Below are positions 1-8,356 of a stretch of 64,000 bases of DNA, piece by piece (within the stretch, counting starts at the first letter, position 1; every line of letters starts with the position of its first letter). A model generated the notes under the pieces. It had not been told where the DNA came from. It did not search any database and worked only from the letters and a program-made list of their open reading frames with translations. Position numbers and translations under genes: made by a program. The DNA comes from Nitrospinota bacterium (GTDB lineage: Bacteria; Nitrospinota_A; UBA7883; JACRGQ01). Where the stretch lies: contig JAOUMJ010000004.1 of assembly GCA_029881495.1 (NCBI GenBank), positions 28,476-92,475 on the forward strand, in the 5' to 3' direction.

Positions 1-606
1 ATTCTCCTTTTCTTCTTTTTCAACGCGACACGCGCGAGGGTGGAGGGGAACTGGCCTATCCTTGGCTATCTCCCTCTCTTTGTCCAGACAGGTGTGTTGG
101 CCGTTGAAAGGTATTTGAAGGATGGCGTACGCTGGAGTGTTTCCGTTTCCGTCGGCATCGCGCTGTTCCTCCTGGCATTTTTCCATCTGCAGATAGTGAA
201 TCCCGTGATACCCCATCCTCACAGGGATGAGATAAGCATACGCCTCTACGGCTGGGAAGAGATAGGGAGAAGGGTCGACGCGAACAGGGAGAACGGCAGG
301 TTCACCTTCGCGGTGACGAACAGGGCACAGGTCGCTTCCCTTGTGAACTATTACACATCACCCCATATGGAAACCTACATGCCCCACTCGAACTGGAAAA
401 GATTCTTTTTTCTAAAACCGATAGATTCGCGCATCGGTGAGAACGCGATATACGTTACCGAAGTTAGGCGCGACGATATCGAAAATATAAAAAAGATGTT
501 CGAGAAAGTCGAGAAGGCGGAGTCGTTCGACACCCTTAGAAAGGGGGAGCTCATTAGGAAGGTGAATATCTACAAGTGCTACAATTACCTTGGAGGCATA
601 AAGTGA
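1..606 (+). CDS. C-terminal fragment of a membrane protein (5' end outside window); possibly a glycosyltransferase-like protein
   Basis: Reading frame is open from position 1 to the stop at 604-606; hydrophobic segment followed by soluble C-terminal domain. No recognisable catalytic motif. Confidence 0.4.
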   Translation: MLLFFFFNATRARVEGNWPILGYLPLFVQTGVLAVERYLKDGVRWSVSVSVGIALFLLAFFHLQIVNPVIPHPHRDEISIRLYGWEEIGRRVDANRENGRFTFAVTNRAQVASLVNYYTSPHMETYMPHSNWKRFFFLKPIDSRIGENAIYVTEVRRDDIENIKKMFEKVEKAESFDTLRKGELIRKVNIYKCYNYLGGIK

Positions 607-1163
607 CAATCGTCGGCAAAGCCTCGTACGACAAGGTGGTCTTCGCCGGTTTCAAGCATTCGGGGAAGAGCCTCATCGGGAAAATGGTTGCCGAAAAGCT
701 CGGGTTCAGGTTTGTCGATATCGACGATGTCATTGAAGACGAGTATGTAGCCGGCGGAGGCGAAAAGGTCACGGTCAGGGAGATCTATAAAAAACTTGGA
801 AGTGGAGGTTTTTTGGAACTCGAAGCGCTGGCTATCCGCGCAGTGTCGGGGGAAAAAGGGGCGGTCATTTCCCTTGGAGGGGCGAGCCCGCTTAACTCCG
901 GTTTCGATAAGGCACTTTTCGGGCGGGCGGTATTTGTATATCTGGCGGTAAGGCCGGATGTGCTTTATGAAAGAATAATCGCGAAAGGAATTCCCCCCTT
1001 TCTGGATGAAGAGAGGCCGAGGGGGAGCATGGATGAACTCCTTGAGAAGAGAACTCCGTATTACGAGTCGATTTCTGATATAAAGGTGGATAATACCGAC
1101 AGGGAACCGGCGGAAGTCGCCGGGGGGATAATTGAAGAACTAAGGAGAAGGTATGCCGGGTAA
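603..1163 (+). CDS. aroK: shikimate kinase
   Basis: P-loop GFKHSGKS near N-terminus, size ~185 aa, immediately upstream of chorismate synthase. GTG at 603 overlaps upstream stop as GTGA; ORF track alternative start is 576. Confidence 0.8.
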   Translation: MTIVGKASYDKVVFAGFKHSGKSLIGKMVAEKLGFRFVDIDDVIEDEYVAGGGEKVTVREIYKKLGSGGFLELEALAIRAVSGEKGAVISLGGASPLNSGFDKALFGRAVFVYLAVRPDVLYERIIAKGIPPFLDEERPRGSMDELLEKRTPYYESISDIKVDNTDREPAEVAGGIIEELRRRYAG

Positions 1164-2214
1164 TACTTTCGGGACTCTGCTCCGCCTGACAACGTGGGGC
1201 GAATCGCATGGCGCCGCAATAGGCGGCGTTCTGGACGGATGCCCGTCGGGCATTGAATTGAGCGAGGCCGACATGCAGGTCGATCTCGACAGGCGGAAGC
1301 CGGGGCAGAGCAGGCACGCGTCACAGCGCAAGGAGCCGGACACCGTTGAAATTCTCTCCGGCCTGTTTGAAGGGAAAACAACCGGCGCGCCTATCTCATT
1401 TCTCATAAAGAACAGGGATAAGGATTCGTCGGCTTACGAAGATATAAAAAACCTCTATCGTCCCGGCCACGCCGATCTCTCATACGATATGAAATACGGA
1501 TTCCGCGATTACCGGGGGGGGGGCCGTTCATCCGCCAGGGAGACGGCGGTGCGCGTTGCCGCCGGTGCGATCGCCAAAAAGATAATCGCAGGAATAAAGG
1601 TTACCGGCTACACCATCCAGATAGACGGCGTAAGAGCTGAAACATTCAGCGAGGAAGAGATAGAAAAAAATCCGGTACGTTCCCCCGACCCGAAAGCGGC
1701 GGAGGAGATGGAAAAGATCATAGACCTCGCCAGGAAAGCGGGGGATTCCGTCGGTGGGATAGTGGAGGTCACAGCGTCGAATGTCCCGCCGGGGCTTGGG
1801 CAACCTGTGTACGGAAAGATCAGCGCCGACCTAGCCTCCGCGCTGATGAGCATCAACGCGATTAAAGGGGTGGAGATAGGGGCCGGGTTTGCCTGCGCTT
1901 CCATGAAAGGGAGCGAGTTCAACGACCCGATAACGGCAAAGGGTGGCAAATTCACATTCAAATCGAATAACGCCGGAGGGATCCTCGGCGGGATCACTTC
2001 AGGACAGGATATAGTCGTGAGGATAGCGGTCAAGCCTACCCCTTCGATCCTGAAAGAGCAGGAGACAGTCGACAAGGATGGAAAGAGCGCCAGCATCAGC
2101 GTGACCGGGAGGCACGACCCCTGCATCTGCCCCCGCGTAGTTCCCGTTGCCGAAGCGATGGTCGCCCTTGTGCTTGCGGATCACATCCTCATCGGCAGGT
2201 CGTCGCGAATCTGA
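1153..2214 (+). CDS. aroC: chorismate synthase
   Basis: 353 aa; N-terminal [18 protein letters not shown] motif ([26 protein letters not shown]), RPGHADL motif; RBS aaggagaagg before ATG 1153. Confidence 0.92.
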   Translation: MPGNTFGTLLRLTTWGESHGAAIGGVLDGCPSGIELSEADMQVDLDRRKPGQSRHASQRKEPDTVEILSGLFEGKTTGAPISFLIKNRDKDSSAYEDIKNLYRPGHADLSYDMKYGFRDYRGGGRSSARETAVRVAAGAIAKKIIAGIKVTGYTIQIDGVRAETFSEEEIEKNPVRSPDPKAAEEMEKIIDLARKAGDSVGGIVEVTASNVPPGLGQPVYGKISADLASALMSINAIKGVEIGAGFACASMKGSEFNDPITAKGGKFTFKSNNAGGILGGITSGQDIVVRIAVKPTPSILKEQETVDKDGKSASISVTGRHDPCICPRVVPVAEAMVALVLADHILIGRSSRI

Positions 2215-2218
2215 GAGT

Positions 2219-2812
2219 ATGGAAAGAGTTTCCCTCATCCTCGCTTCGGGGTCGCCGAGGAGGAAAGAGATTCTTGAGGAGATGAGCCTCCTTTTCGAAG
2301 TAAGGAGCGCCGATGTGGACGAAACCTTGCGCGACGGGGAGAGCGCGGAGTCTGCCGCGAGAAGACTCGCTCTGGACAAGGGGGAAGCCGTTGCAAAGGA
2401 AGCTGTCGATTCACTCATCATCGCGGCGGACACGCTGGTTACGGTGGAGGGGGAGATACTGGGTAAACCGAAAGATGAAAACGACGCACGCAGGATGCTG
2501 AAACTCCTTAGCGGAAGGGGGCACGAAGTTGTCACCGGAATCGCCTTCATTCTCCGCGCGGAGGATGTAAGGCATGTCGTATTCAGCAGGACGGAAGTCT
2601 TTTTCCGCAAACTTTCCGAGATCGATATTGAAGATTATATTTCCACCGGCGAATACGCGGGGAAGGCGGGGGCCTACGCCATACAGTCCGCCGGTGGTAC
2701 GCTCATAGAATCCCATTCGGGGAGCTTTTCAAATGTAGTCGGGTTACCGGTTACCGAGGTGCTGAAATTCGCGTCGGCGTTCGGCATTGACCGTTTTCCG
2801 TGGAAGGGGTGA
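2219..2812 (+). CDS. maf: Maf-like nucleoside triphosphate pyrophosphatase
   Basis: N-terminal LILASGSPRRKEIL motif typical of Maf family; ATG 2219 five nt after aroC stop. Confidence 0.85.
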   Translation: MERVSLILASGSPRRKEILEEMSLLFEVRSADVDETLRDGESAESAARRLALDKGEAVAKEAVDSLIIAADTLVTVEGEILGKPKDENDARRMLKLLSGRGHEVVTGIAFILRAEDVRHVVFSRTEVFFRKLSEIDIEDYISTGEYAGKAGAYAIQSAGGTLIESHSGSFSNVVGLPVTEVLKFASAFGIDRFPWKG

Positions 2813-2813
2813 A

Positions 2814-3425
2814 ATGCTGGTCATAGGGCTAACCGGGGGGATAGGCTCTGGGAAATCGACGGCTCTCCGGGTCTTTAAGAAACTTGGTGCATTCATAATA
2901 GATGCCGACAGGCTCGCTCGCGATGTGGTTAAACCGGGGCGCCCCGCGTGGCAAGATATCAGGAGCCGTTTCGGCAAAACGGTATTCAATGCAAACCATA
3001 CTCTCAACAGGAAGAAGCTCGCATCGATAGTTTTCAAGGACGCCAAGGCGCTAAAGGAGCTGAACGCCATGATCCATCCCCGCGTATTCGAAGAGGAGAA
3101 GGCGCTTATAGGAAAATATTCGAAGAGCGGCAAAAATGCCGTCGTCGTAGTTGACGCGCCCCTGATGATAGAGAGCGGTTCGCATAAATGGAAAGACGTC
3201 TTGGTGGTAATGAAGGCTTCGCGCGAAAGTCAGGTTGCGCGCATTGTAAAGAACAAGGGTATGAGCAGGAAAGAGGCGGAAGCCCGCATCGCGGCGCAGA
3301 TGCCGCTGGCGGAAAAGCTCAAGTATGCCGATTTCGTTATTGAAAACGATTCCACGCTGGCAGACTGCAGGCGCAACGCGGAGAAGGTTTATCGGGAAAT
3401 TCTGAAAAGGCATCGAGGTAAATAG
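2814..3425 (+). CDS. coaE: dephospho-CoA kinase
   Basis: N-terminal IGLTGGIGSGKST P-loop typical of CoaE; ATG 2814 overlaps maf stop (ATGA-type junction). Confidence 0.88.
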   Translation: MLVIGLTGGIGSGKSTALRVFKKLGAFIIDADRLARDVVKPGRPAWQDIRSRFGKTVFNANHTLNRKKLASIVFKDAKALKELNAMIHPRVFEEEKALIGKYSKSGKNAVVVVDAPLMIESGSHKWKDVLVVMKASRESQVARIVKNKGMSRKEAEARIAAQMPLAEKLKYADFVIENDSTLADCRRNAEKVYREILKRHRGK

Positions 3426-3480
3426 TCCACTCGCGCAACTCCCGTTTACCGGTTTCCCGGAGCCGGAAATATTTCAGGAG

Positions 3481-4344
3481 CTAAAAATTGTATTTGACCA
3501 GCGTGATGAATTTGCTGTCGAGCATTTTCACGTCCGGCGAGGGCGGAAGATTTGAGTAATCGGCGATTACCTTGAATTCAAGCGCGAGATTGTTCGTCAA
3601 ACTGTTTTCGACGCTCCCTTCATAGTAGATGTAGTAGTCCTTGTCGCTCTTTGATGAAACCTTAAGTACCAGCTTCTCCTTGAATTTTATGCTGTCGTTG
3701 AATTTGTGCCGAAAACGCCATTCGGCGTAGTTTACGAAATGCTCCTCTTTCATGTTGCCATCCTTATCGGGTCGGATGAAGGAATCCTTGTTGTAAAGGA
3801 CGTAAACGCTTCCGGTAAGGTAGGTTTTTTCAGTTTTAATAAAATAGTATCCGCAACCAGGACCGGTTGAGAGCCTGTTGTCGTATCCCTTGAAAGGATT
3901 TTTATAGTAGTTTACGTTCCAGAATGGAAAGAGCCTGTCGAACCTCATCTCCCCCCTCAGGTCGAGTTCGTTTTCATCGTTGCTCTTTATTCCCTTTGAT
4001 TCGCTGTACGCCGATTTGCCGTCGAGAAAAAAACGGTATGTCTTCCGCTCCAGTGACAGGTCGAAGTTCAGCGACATATCGGCGGTATCGGTGTTTCCTC
4101 CGGTCCGGTGGTAGCCGAGTGAGATCGATCCTTCATCCTTCGGCACGAATGCAAGGCGACCTATCGAGGCAGAGATAGGCACAACCGTTATCTCCTGTTC
4201 GCCGAGGCCAGGATTTTCATCTCCATAAAGCGGTCTTGCCGGTACGGTCGCTTCTTCAGGCTTGGGCGGGTCGGCATACGCCTGCCCCGTGAAGAGAAGC
4301 AACGCTCCAAGGATCGCAAACGCTCTGTATCTTTTCGCTCTCAT
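3481..4344 (-). CDS. DUF481-like outer membrane beta-barrel protein with signal peptide
   Basis: Signal peptide (AFAILGALLLFTGQAYA), alternating amphipathic strands, C-terminal aromatic residue (ends ...VKYNF). Confidence 0.55.
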   Translation of the reverse strand: MRAKRYRAFAILGALLLFTGQAYADPPKPEEATVPARPLYGDENPGLGEQEITVVPISASIGRLAFVPKDEGSISLGYHRTGGNTDTADMSLNFDLSLERKTYRFFLDGKSAYSESKGIKSNDENELDLRGEMRFDRLFPFWNVNYYKNPFKGYDNRLSTGPGCGYYFIKTEKTYLTGSVYVLYNKDSFIRPDKDGNMKEEHFVNYAEWRFRHKFNDSIKFKEKLVLKVSSKSDKDYYIYYEGSVENSLTNNLALEFKVIADYSNLPPSPDVKMLDSKFITLVKYNF

Positions 4345-4485
4345 AGAATGGAAATTCTACAATTTTTCAGCCACGGGGGGAACCTCCAGGCACCGGATGG
4401 CAAGATAATCTTGCTCCTCCATACGGTCGGGATTATGTAATAATATGAATGAAGATGTTAATCGGTATCAGTAGGGGATTTTGAA

Positions 4486-6069
4486 ATGTCTTTGCCTTTG
4501 AATTTTGGTATTCCGTATCACACGCTCGTAACCGCCGTAATCATCGCCTTGTCCACGGCTCTTCTGGCGGTACTGTATCAGAAGTTCTTCAGGAAAAAGG
4601 GGATAAACGATTATCCCGACAACTGGCATATGCCGCACCGGCAGAACCTTCATTTCACCGGCAGGGAAGAGCAGATATTGGCTCTCCATGCCTTGCTCCA
4701 CGCTTCCGTTAAGGTCGTGATCATCGGGATGAAGTCCGAGCATGTTTCGGGGGGTATAGGCAAGAGCGAGCTCGCCATTGAGTTCGCATACAGGTGCCGT
4801 GACGAGTATTCCCTGATATGGTGGATTGACGCCGAAACGATATTCTCCATCGAAACCGCTTACATGATGATTGCCAGGAATCTTGGCATCCTGAAAAAGA
4901 ACGAGAGAGATCAAAACAGCATCTCCGCCGCCGTGAAGGATTGGCTCTCCATGAACGGAGAATGGCTCCTTGTTTTCGACAACATGATGAATGAAGAGGA
5001 CCTGCTCCCGTACATCCCCTCGGAAGTGAAGGGGAGGATACTTGTCACCACCCCAAAAAGCGACTGGAAAGAGAGCGTTGCCGCAAGGTTTTCTCTCGAC
5101 GTCTTTACCCCGAAAGAGGCCGTGGATTTTCTTCTGGAAAGGGAAGGGAACACATCGGAGGCGAGAGAGGCGGAAGAGCTATCAAAGGAGACCGGTTTTC
5201 TCCCGCTCGCGCTGGAGCAGGCTTGCGCGCATATTAAATATGAAAAGATATCCATCGCCCAATATCTGGATTCGTTCAGGACAAGAAGGGTCGAGATATT
5301 AATGTCCGGCAGTCCGGCTTCGCCAAATGGTGTGGTCGAGACGGCGTGCGACCTCTCTTTTTCCAAATTGCATGAGGAGGCGAAACAGCTTCTGTTCCTC
5401 TGCGCGTTCCTCCACCCGGAGGATATCCAGTTTGAAATGATAAAGGACGGCGCGGAACATCTCCCTGAACCGCTGAGGTCGGCGGCATACGACATACTGA
5501 GGCTTAGGACCGCCGCCGCAAGCCTCACCTCATACTCCCTCCTGTATTATGAGGAAAACATGATCATCATTCATCGTCTCATGCAGAAAGTGATACGGAA
5601 TCGGATGGACGCGGAAACGAGGAAAATATTCGCGGGGGCCGCGGTGGCGATAGTCGACAAAGCTTTCACCTACGGAGAATACAAGCAGGAAACATGGGAG
5701 CATTCCGACCGCCTTATCGCTCAGGCGTTAACGGCAACGAGCCACGCGGTAGAGGAGGAGGAGGCGCTTGGAACGGCGATAGACCTGATAAATAACACCG
5801 GTCTTTATTTCCAGCAGACGTCGAGATGCCCTGCCGCAAGAGAGCGTCTTGAACTTGGGCTTGCGCTCTCCGGAAAAGTTTACGGCCCCGATAATGCCGA
5901 TGTCGCGGTAATGCACGACAACCTCGCCGAAGTTCTGATGAAACTCCGCGATTTCGAGAACGCGAAAAAACATTTTCAGCGCGCTCTGGAGATAGGTATC
6001 AAGGTTTACGGAGAGGATCACCCCACCACGAACCTCTACCGTGAGAACGTGGAATCGCTCACAAGCTGA
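4486..6069 (+). CDS. membrane-anchored NB-ARC/STAND NTPase with C-terminal TPR repeats
   Basis: N-terminal TM helix; P-loop GGIGKS; Walker B LLVFDN; ILVTT motif; GFLPLAL (GLPLAL-type) motif; C-terminal TPR-like repeats (NLAEVLMKLRDFENAKKHFQRALEI). Confidence 0.7.
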   Translation: MSLPLNFGIPYHTLVTAVIIALSTALLAVLYQKFFRKKGINDYPDNWHMPHRQNLHFTGREEQILALHALLHASVKVVIIGMKSEHVSGGIGKSELAIEFAYRCRDEYSLIWWIDAETIFSIETAYMMIARNLGILKKNERDQNSISAAVKDWLSMNGEWLLVFDNMMNEEDLLPYIPSEVKGRILVTTPKSDWKESVAARFSLDVFTPKEAVDFLLEREGNTSEAREAEELSKETGFLPLALEQACAHIKYEKISIAQYLDSFRTRRVEILMSGSPASPNGVVETACDLSFSKLHEEAKQLLFLCAFLHPEDIQFEMIKDGAEHLPEPLRSAAYDILRLRTAAASLTSYSLLYYEENMIIIHRLMQKVIRNRMDAETRKIFAGAAVAIVDKAFTYGEYKQETWEHSDRLIAQALTATSHAVEEEEALGTAIDLINNTGLYFQQTSRCPAARERLELGLALSGKVYGPDNADVAVMHDNLAEVLMKLRDFENAKKHFQRALEIGIKVYGEDHPTTNLYRENVESLTS

Positions 6070-6245
6070 CCTCTTCCTCGCACCGCCGAAAAGAGATTGC
6101 CGCACTCTGTCCGCAATGACTGTTTAATGAACCACCCCTTGTCCTTCGTCAAGCCGGAGAAACAGCTGATAAAAGTCCGCGTTAACGGAAAAAATGGAAG
6201 AACGGATTCGATTCTGAAATAAGGAAAAACCTGTACAATAGGCGG

Positions 6246-6701
6246 ATGATAAAGACTATCGCCAGCAACAAAAAGGCGTTTCACGACTACACGATCCTTG
6301 AAAAGATCGAAGCTGGGCTTGTACTTGTGGGAACCGAGGTGAAATCACTGCGCGCTGGGAACGTGCGTCTCAGCGAGGCGTACGCCTGGCCGGTAAACGG
6401 CGAGCTTTACATACAGAACATGTTCATCGGCGAATACAAGCAGGGGAACATACACAACCACGAGCCGACGCGCGACAGGAAGCTGCTACTCAAGAAAAAG
6501 GAACTTGAAAAACTCATCGCGAAGACACAGGAAAAGGGATTGAACATCGTCCCGTTAAGGATATATTTCAAGGATGCTCTCGTGAAGCTGGAGCTTGGGC
6601 TTGGCAAAGGTAAAAAACTATACGATAAGCGCGAGACCCTCAAGAAAAAGGTGATGGATCGCGAGGCGCAGAGGAGTCTCGCCGACAGGAACAAGGGGTA
6701 G
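6246..6701 (+). CDS. smpB: SsrA-binding protein SmpB
   Basis: 151 aa; N-terminal NKKAFHDYTILEKIEAGLVLVGTEVKSLR signature of SmpB. Confidence 0.9.
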   Translation: MIKTIASNKKAFHDYTILEKIEAGLVLVGTEVKSLRAGNVRLSEAYAWPVNGELYIQNMFIGEYKQGNIHNHEPTRDRKLLLKKKELEKLIAKTQEKGLNIVPLRIYFKDALVKLELGLGKGKKLYDKRETLKKKVMDREAQRSLADRNKG

Positions 6702-6772
6702 TCAGTCATCCGCAAATTCTGTTTTCAGAAGCTTCTCTGCATGAAGCATGCTAAGCCCGGGGGGAAAGGATA

Positions 6773-7579
6773 TTGAGCGCACTGCATTTCGAATCTGCCG
6801 GTTTCGGCGAACCGATAATTTTCATCCACGGCTGGGGTGTGAGTTCGGCGGTTTGGAAAGAGGAGGCCGACTACTTCTCGAAGAGGTTCCGCGCAGTGAC
6901 GGTAGATCTACCGGGACACGGAAAGTCGGCGCCGGTCGACGTAGAGCTGACCATTAAGCTCTGCGCGGAGCTGTTAAAGGAGCTAATGAAAAACGAGGGG
7001 CTGGAAGGCGCGCACCTTGTCGGGTGGTCGCTTGGCGCGGAGGTTGCCGCGCGTACGGCGATGATCTCCGGAGGCAGATTGGTCCGCTCACTCGTATCGG
7101 TCGGAGGAACGCCGTGCTATGTCGCTCCGACGCAGAAGGACGAGTGGGGTATGCCTGAGGGGAAAGCAAAATATTTCCAGCGACAGCTTGAGCGCGATTT
7201 CTCGGTGAGCCTTTCGATGTTCATACACACATTCTTTGAGGCGGAGAAGGATATTTCAGCCGAGCGGGCGGCGTTCATCAAATCGGTTTTTTTCGGCGAA
7301 GATTTTCCGCCGGACCAAAGGTCTGCCATTGACCTCTTAAAAAGTCTCTATGACGAGGATCTGCGCGGGGAATTGAAGGCCTCTCCTCTCACATTGCCTC
7401 TCTTGGTATGCCATGGCGACCGTGATATGATTGTCCCGATTGGAGCGGCCGAACAATGGAGCGCTCTCCTTTCGCAGGTGAAGATCGTGAAATTTGAAAA
7501 TTGCGGGCACGCCCCGTTCCTTACAAACAGCGAGCTATTTCGGGAAACCGTTGAAAATTTCATAACGGCATTAGGATGA
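6773..7579 (+). CDS. bioH: alpha/beta hydrolase, probable pimeloyl-ACP methyl ester esterase
   Basis: IIFIHGWG and GWSLGA (GxSxG nucleophile elbow) motifs; sits directly upstream of bioC and bioD/bioA. TTG start; stop overlaps bioC ATG. Confidence 0.6.
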   Translation: MSALHFESAGFGEPIIFIHGWGVSSAVWKEEADYFSKRFRAVTVDLPGHGKSAPVDVELTIKLCAELLKELMKNEGLEGAHLVGWSLGAEVAARTAMISGGRLVRSLVSVGGTPCYVAPTQKDEWGMPEGKAKYFQRQLERDFSVSLSMFIHTFFEAEKDISAERAAFIKSVFFGEDFPPDQRSAIDLLKSLYDEDLRGELKASPLTLPLLVCHGDRDMIVPIGAAEQWSALLSQVKIVKFENCGHAPFLTNSELFRETVENFITALG

Positions 7580-8352
7580 CCAATACCGACAAGATAAAAC
7601 GGGCCTTCGGGAGGAGCGCCGGAAGCTACGAAAGATTCGGCACCTTGCAGCGCGAGGTATCCGCGCGCCTCGTGCGGGAATTCACTCCGTTTGATGGCTC
7701 CCCGCAACGCGCTCTCGACATCGGATGCGGCACAGGGTTCACTTCGACCGATATGAAGAAGCGTTGGCCCACGGCTGACATTCATCCGCTCGACCTCGCT
7801 TTGCCGATGGCGAAACGTACTCACGCGGCGGGCTTCATAAAAAGTGTCGCCGGCGACGCATCATCCCTCCCTTACGCGGAGGCTCTCTTTGATGTAGCGG
7901 TATCTTCACTCGCACTGCAGTGGGGGAGCGATTATGAAAGAATATTTTCCGAAGTCTCCCGTACGCTGAAGCCGGGGGGACTCTTTTCGTTCAGCGCCCT
8001 TCTCCCCGGAACGCTGAGGGAGCTTCGAGGCGCTTACGATTCGGCTAGCAGGGAGTGCACCGGCAAGGGGGCGAATTTCCCCTCCTTTGCTTCGATAGAG
8101 GAAATGACTGCGCCTCTTGAAACCGGGGGATTCCGCAATTTGTCGATACATGCCGAGAGCGTGGTGAAGAGCTACTCCACAGTTGAAGAGATGATGCGGA
8201 CATTGAAAGGTATAGGAGCTACAAATCCGGCAAGACCGGAAAATCCTCCGAGGCGTGACGTGCTTGCGCGGACCATGGAATTTTATCCCGGGCGCAACGG
8301 CCATGTGGAGGCGACATATGAAATCTCCTACATCTCCTGCGTGAAGGGGTAG
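7576..8352 (+). CDS. bioC: malonyl-ACP O-methyltransferase
   Basis: SAM-binding motif LDIGCGTGF; N-terminal FGRSAGSYERFGTLQREV typical of BioC; biotin gene context. Confidence 0.7.
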   Translation: MTNTDKIKRAFGRSAGSYERFGTLQREVSARLVREFTPFDGSPQRALDIGCGTGFTSTDMKKRWPTADIHPLDLALPMAKRTHAAGFIKSVAGDASSLPYAEALFDVAVSSLALQWGSDYERIFSEVSRTLKPGGLFSFSALLPGTLRELRGAYDSASRECTGKGANFPSFASIEEMTAPLETGGFRNLSIHAESVVKSYSTVEEMMRTLKGIGATNPARPENPPRRDVLARTMEFYPGRNGHVEATYEISYISCVKG

Positions 8353-8356
8353 CGGT

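Noticed and set aside
3440-3475. Possible bidirectional terminator between coaE and the DUF481 gene
   Set aside because: Imperfect stem (ccggtttcccggagccgg) with no clear T-run on either strand; too weak to call.
6205-6220. tRNA/tmRNA-like T-loop fragment (ggattcgattctg) upstream of smpB
   Set aside because: Does not match the GGTTCGAATCC T-arm consensus and no acceptor stem or anticodon arm can be built around it.
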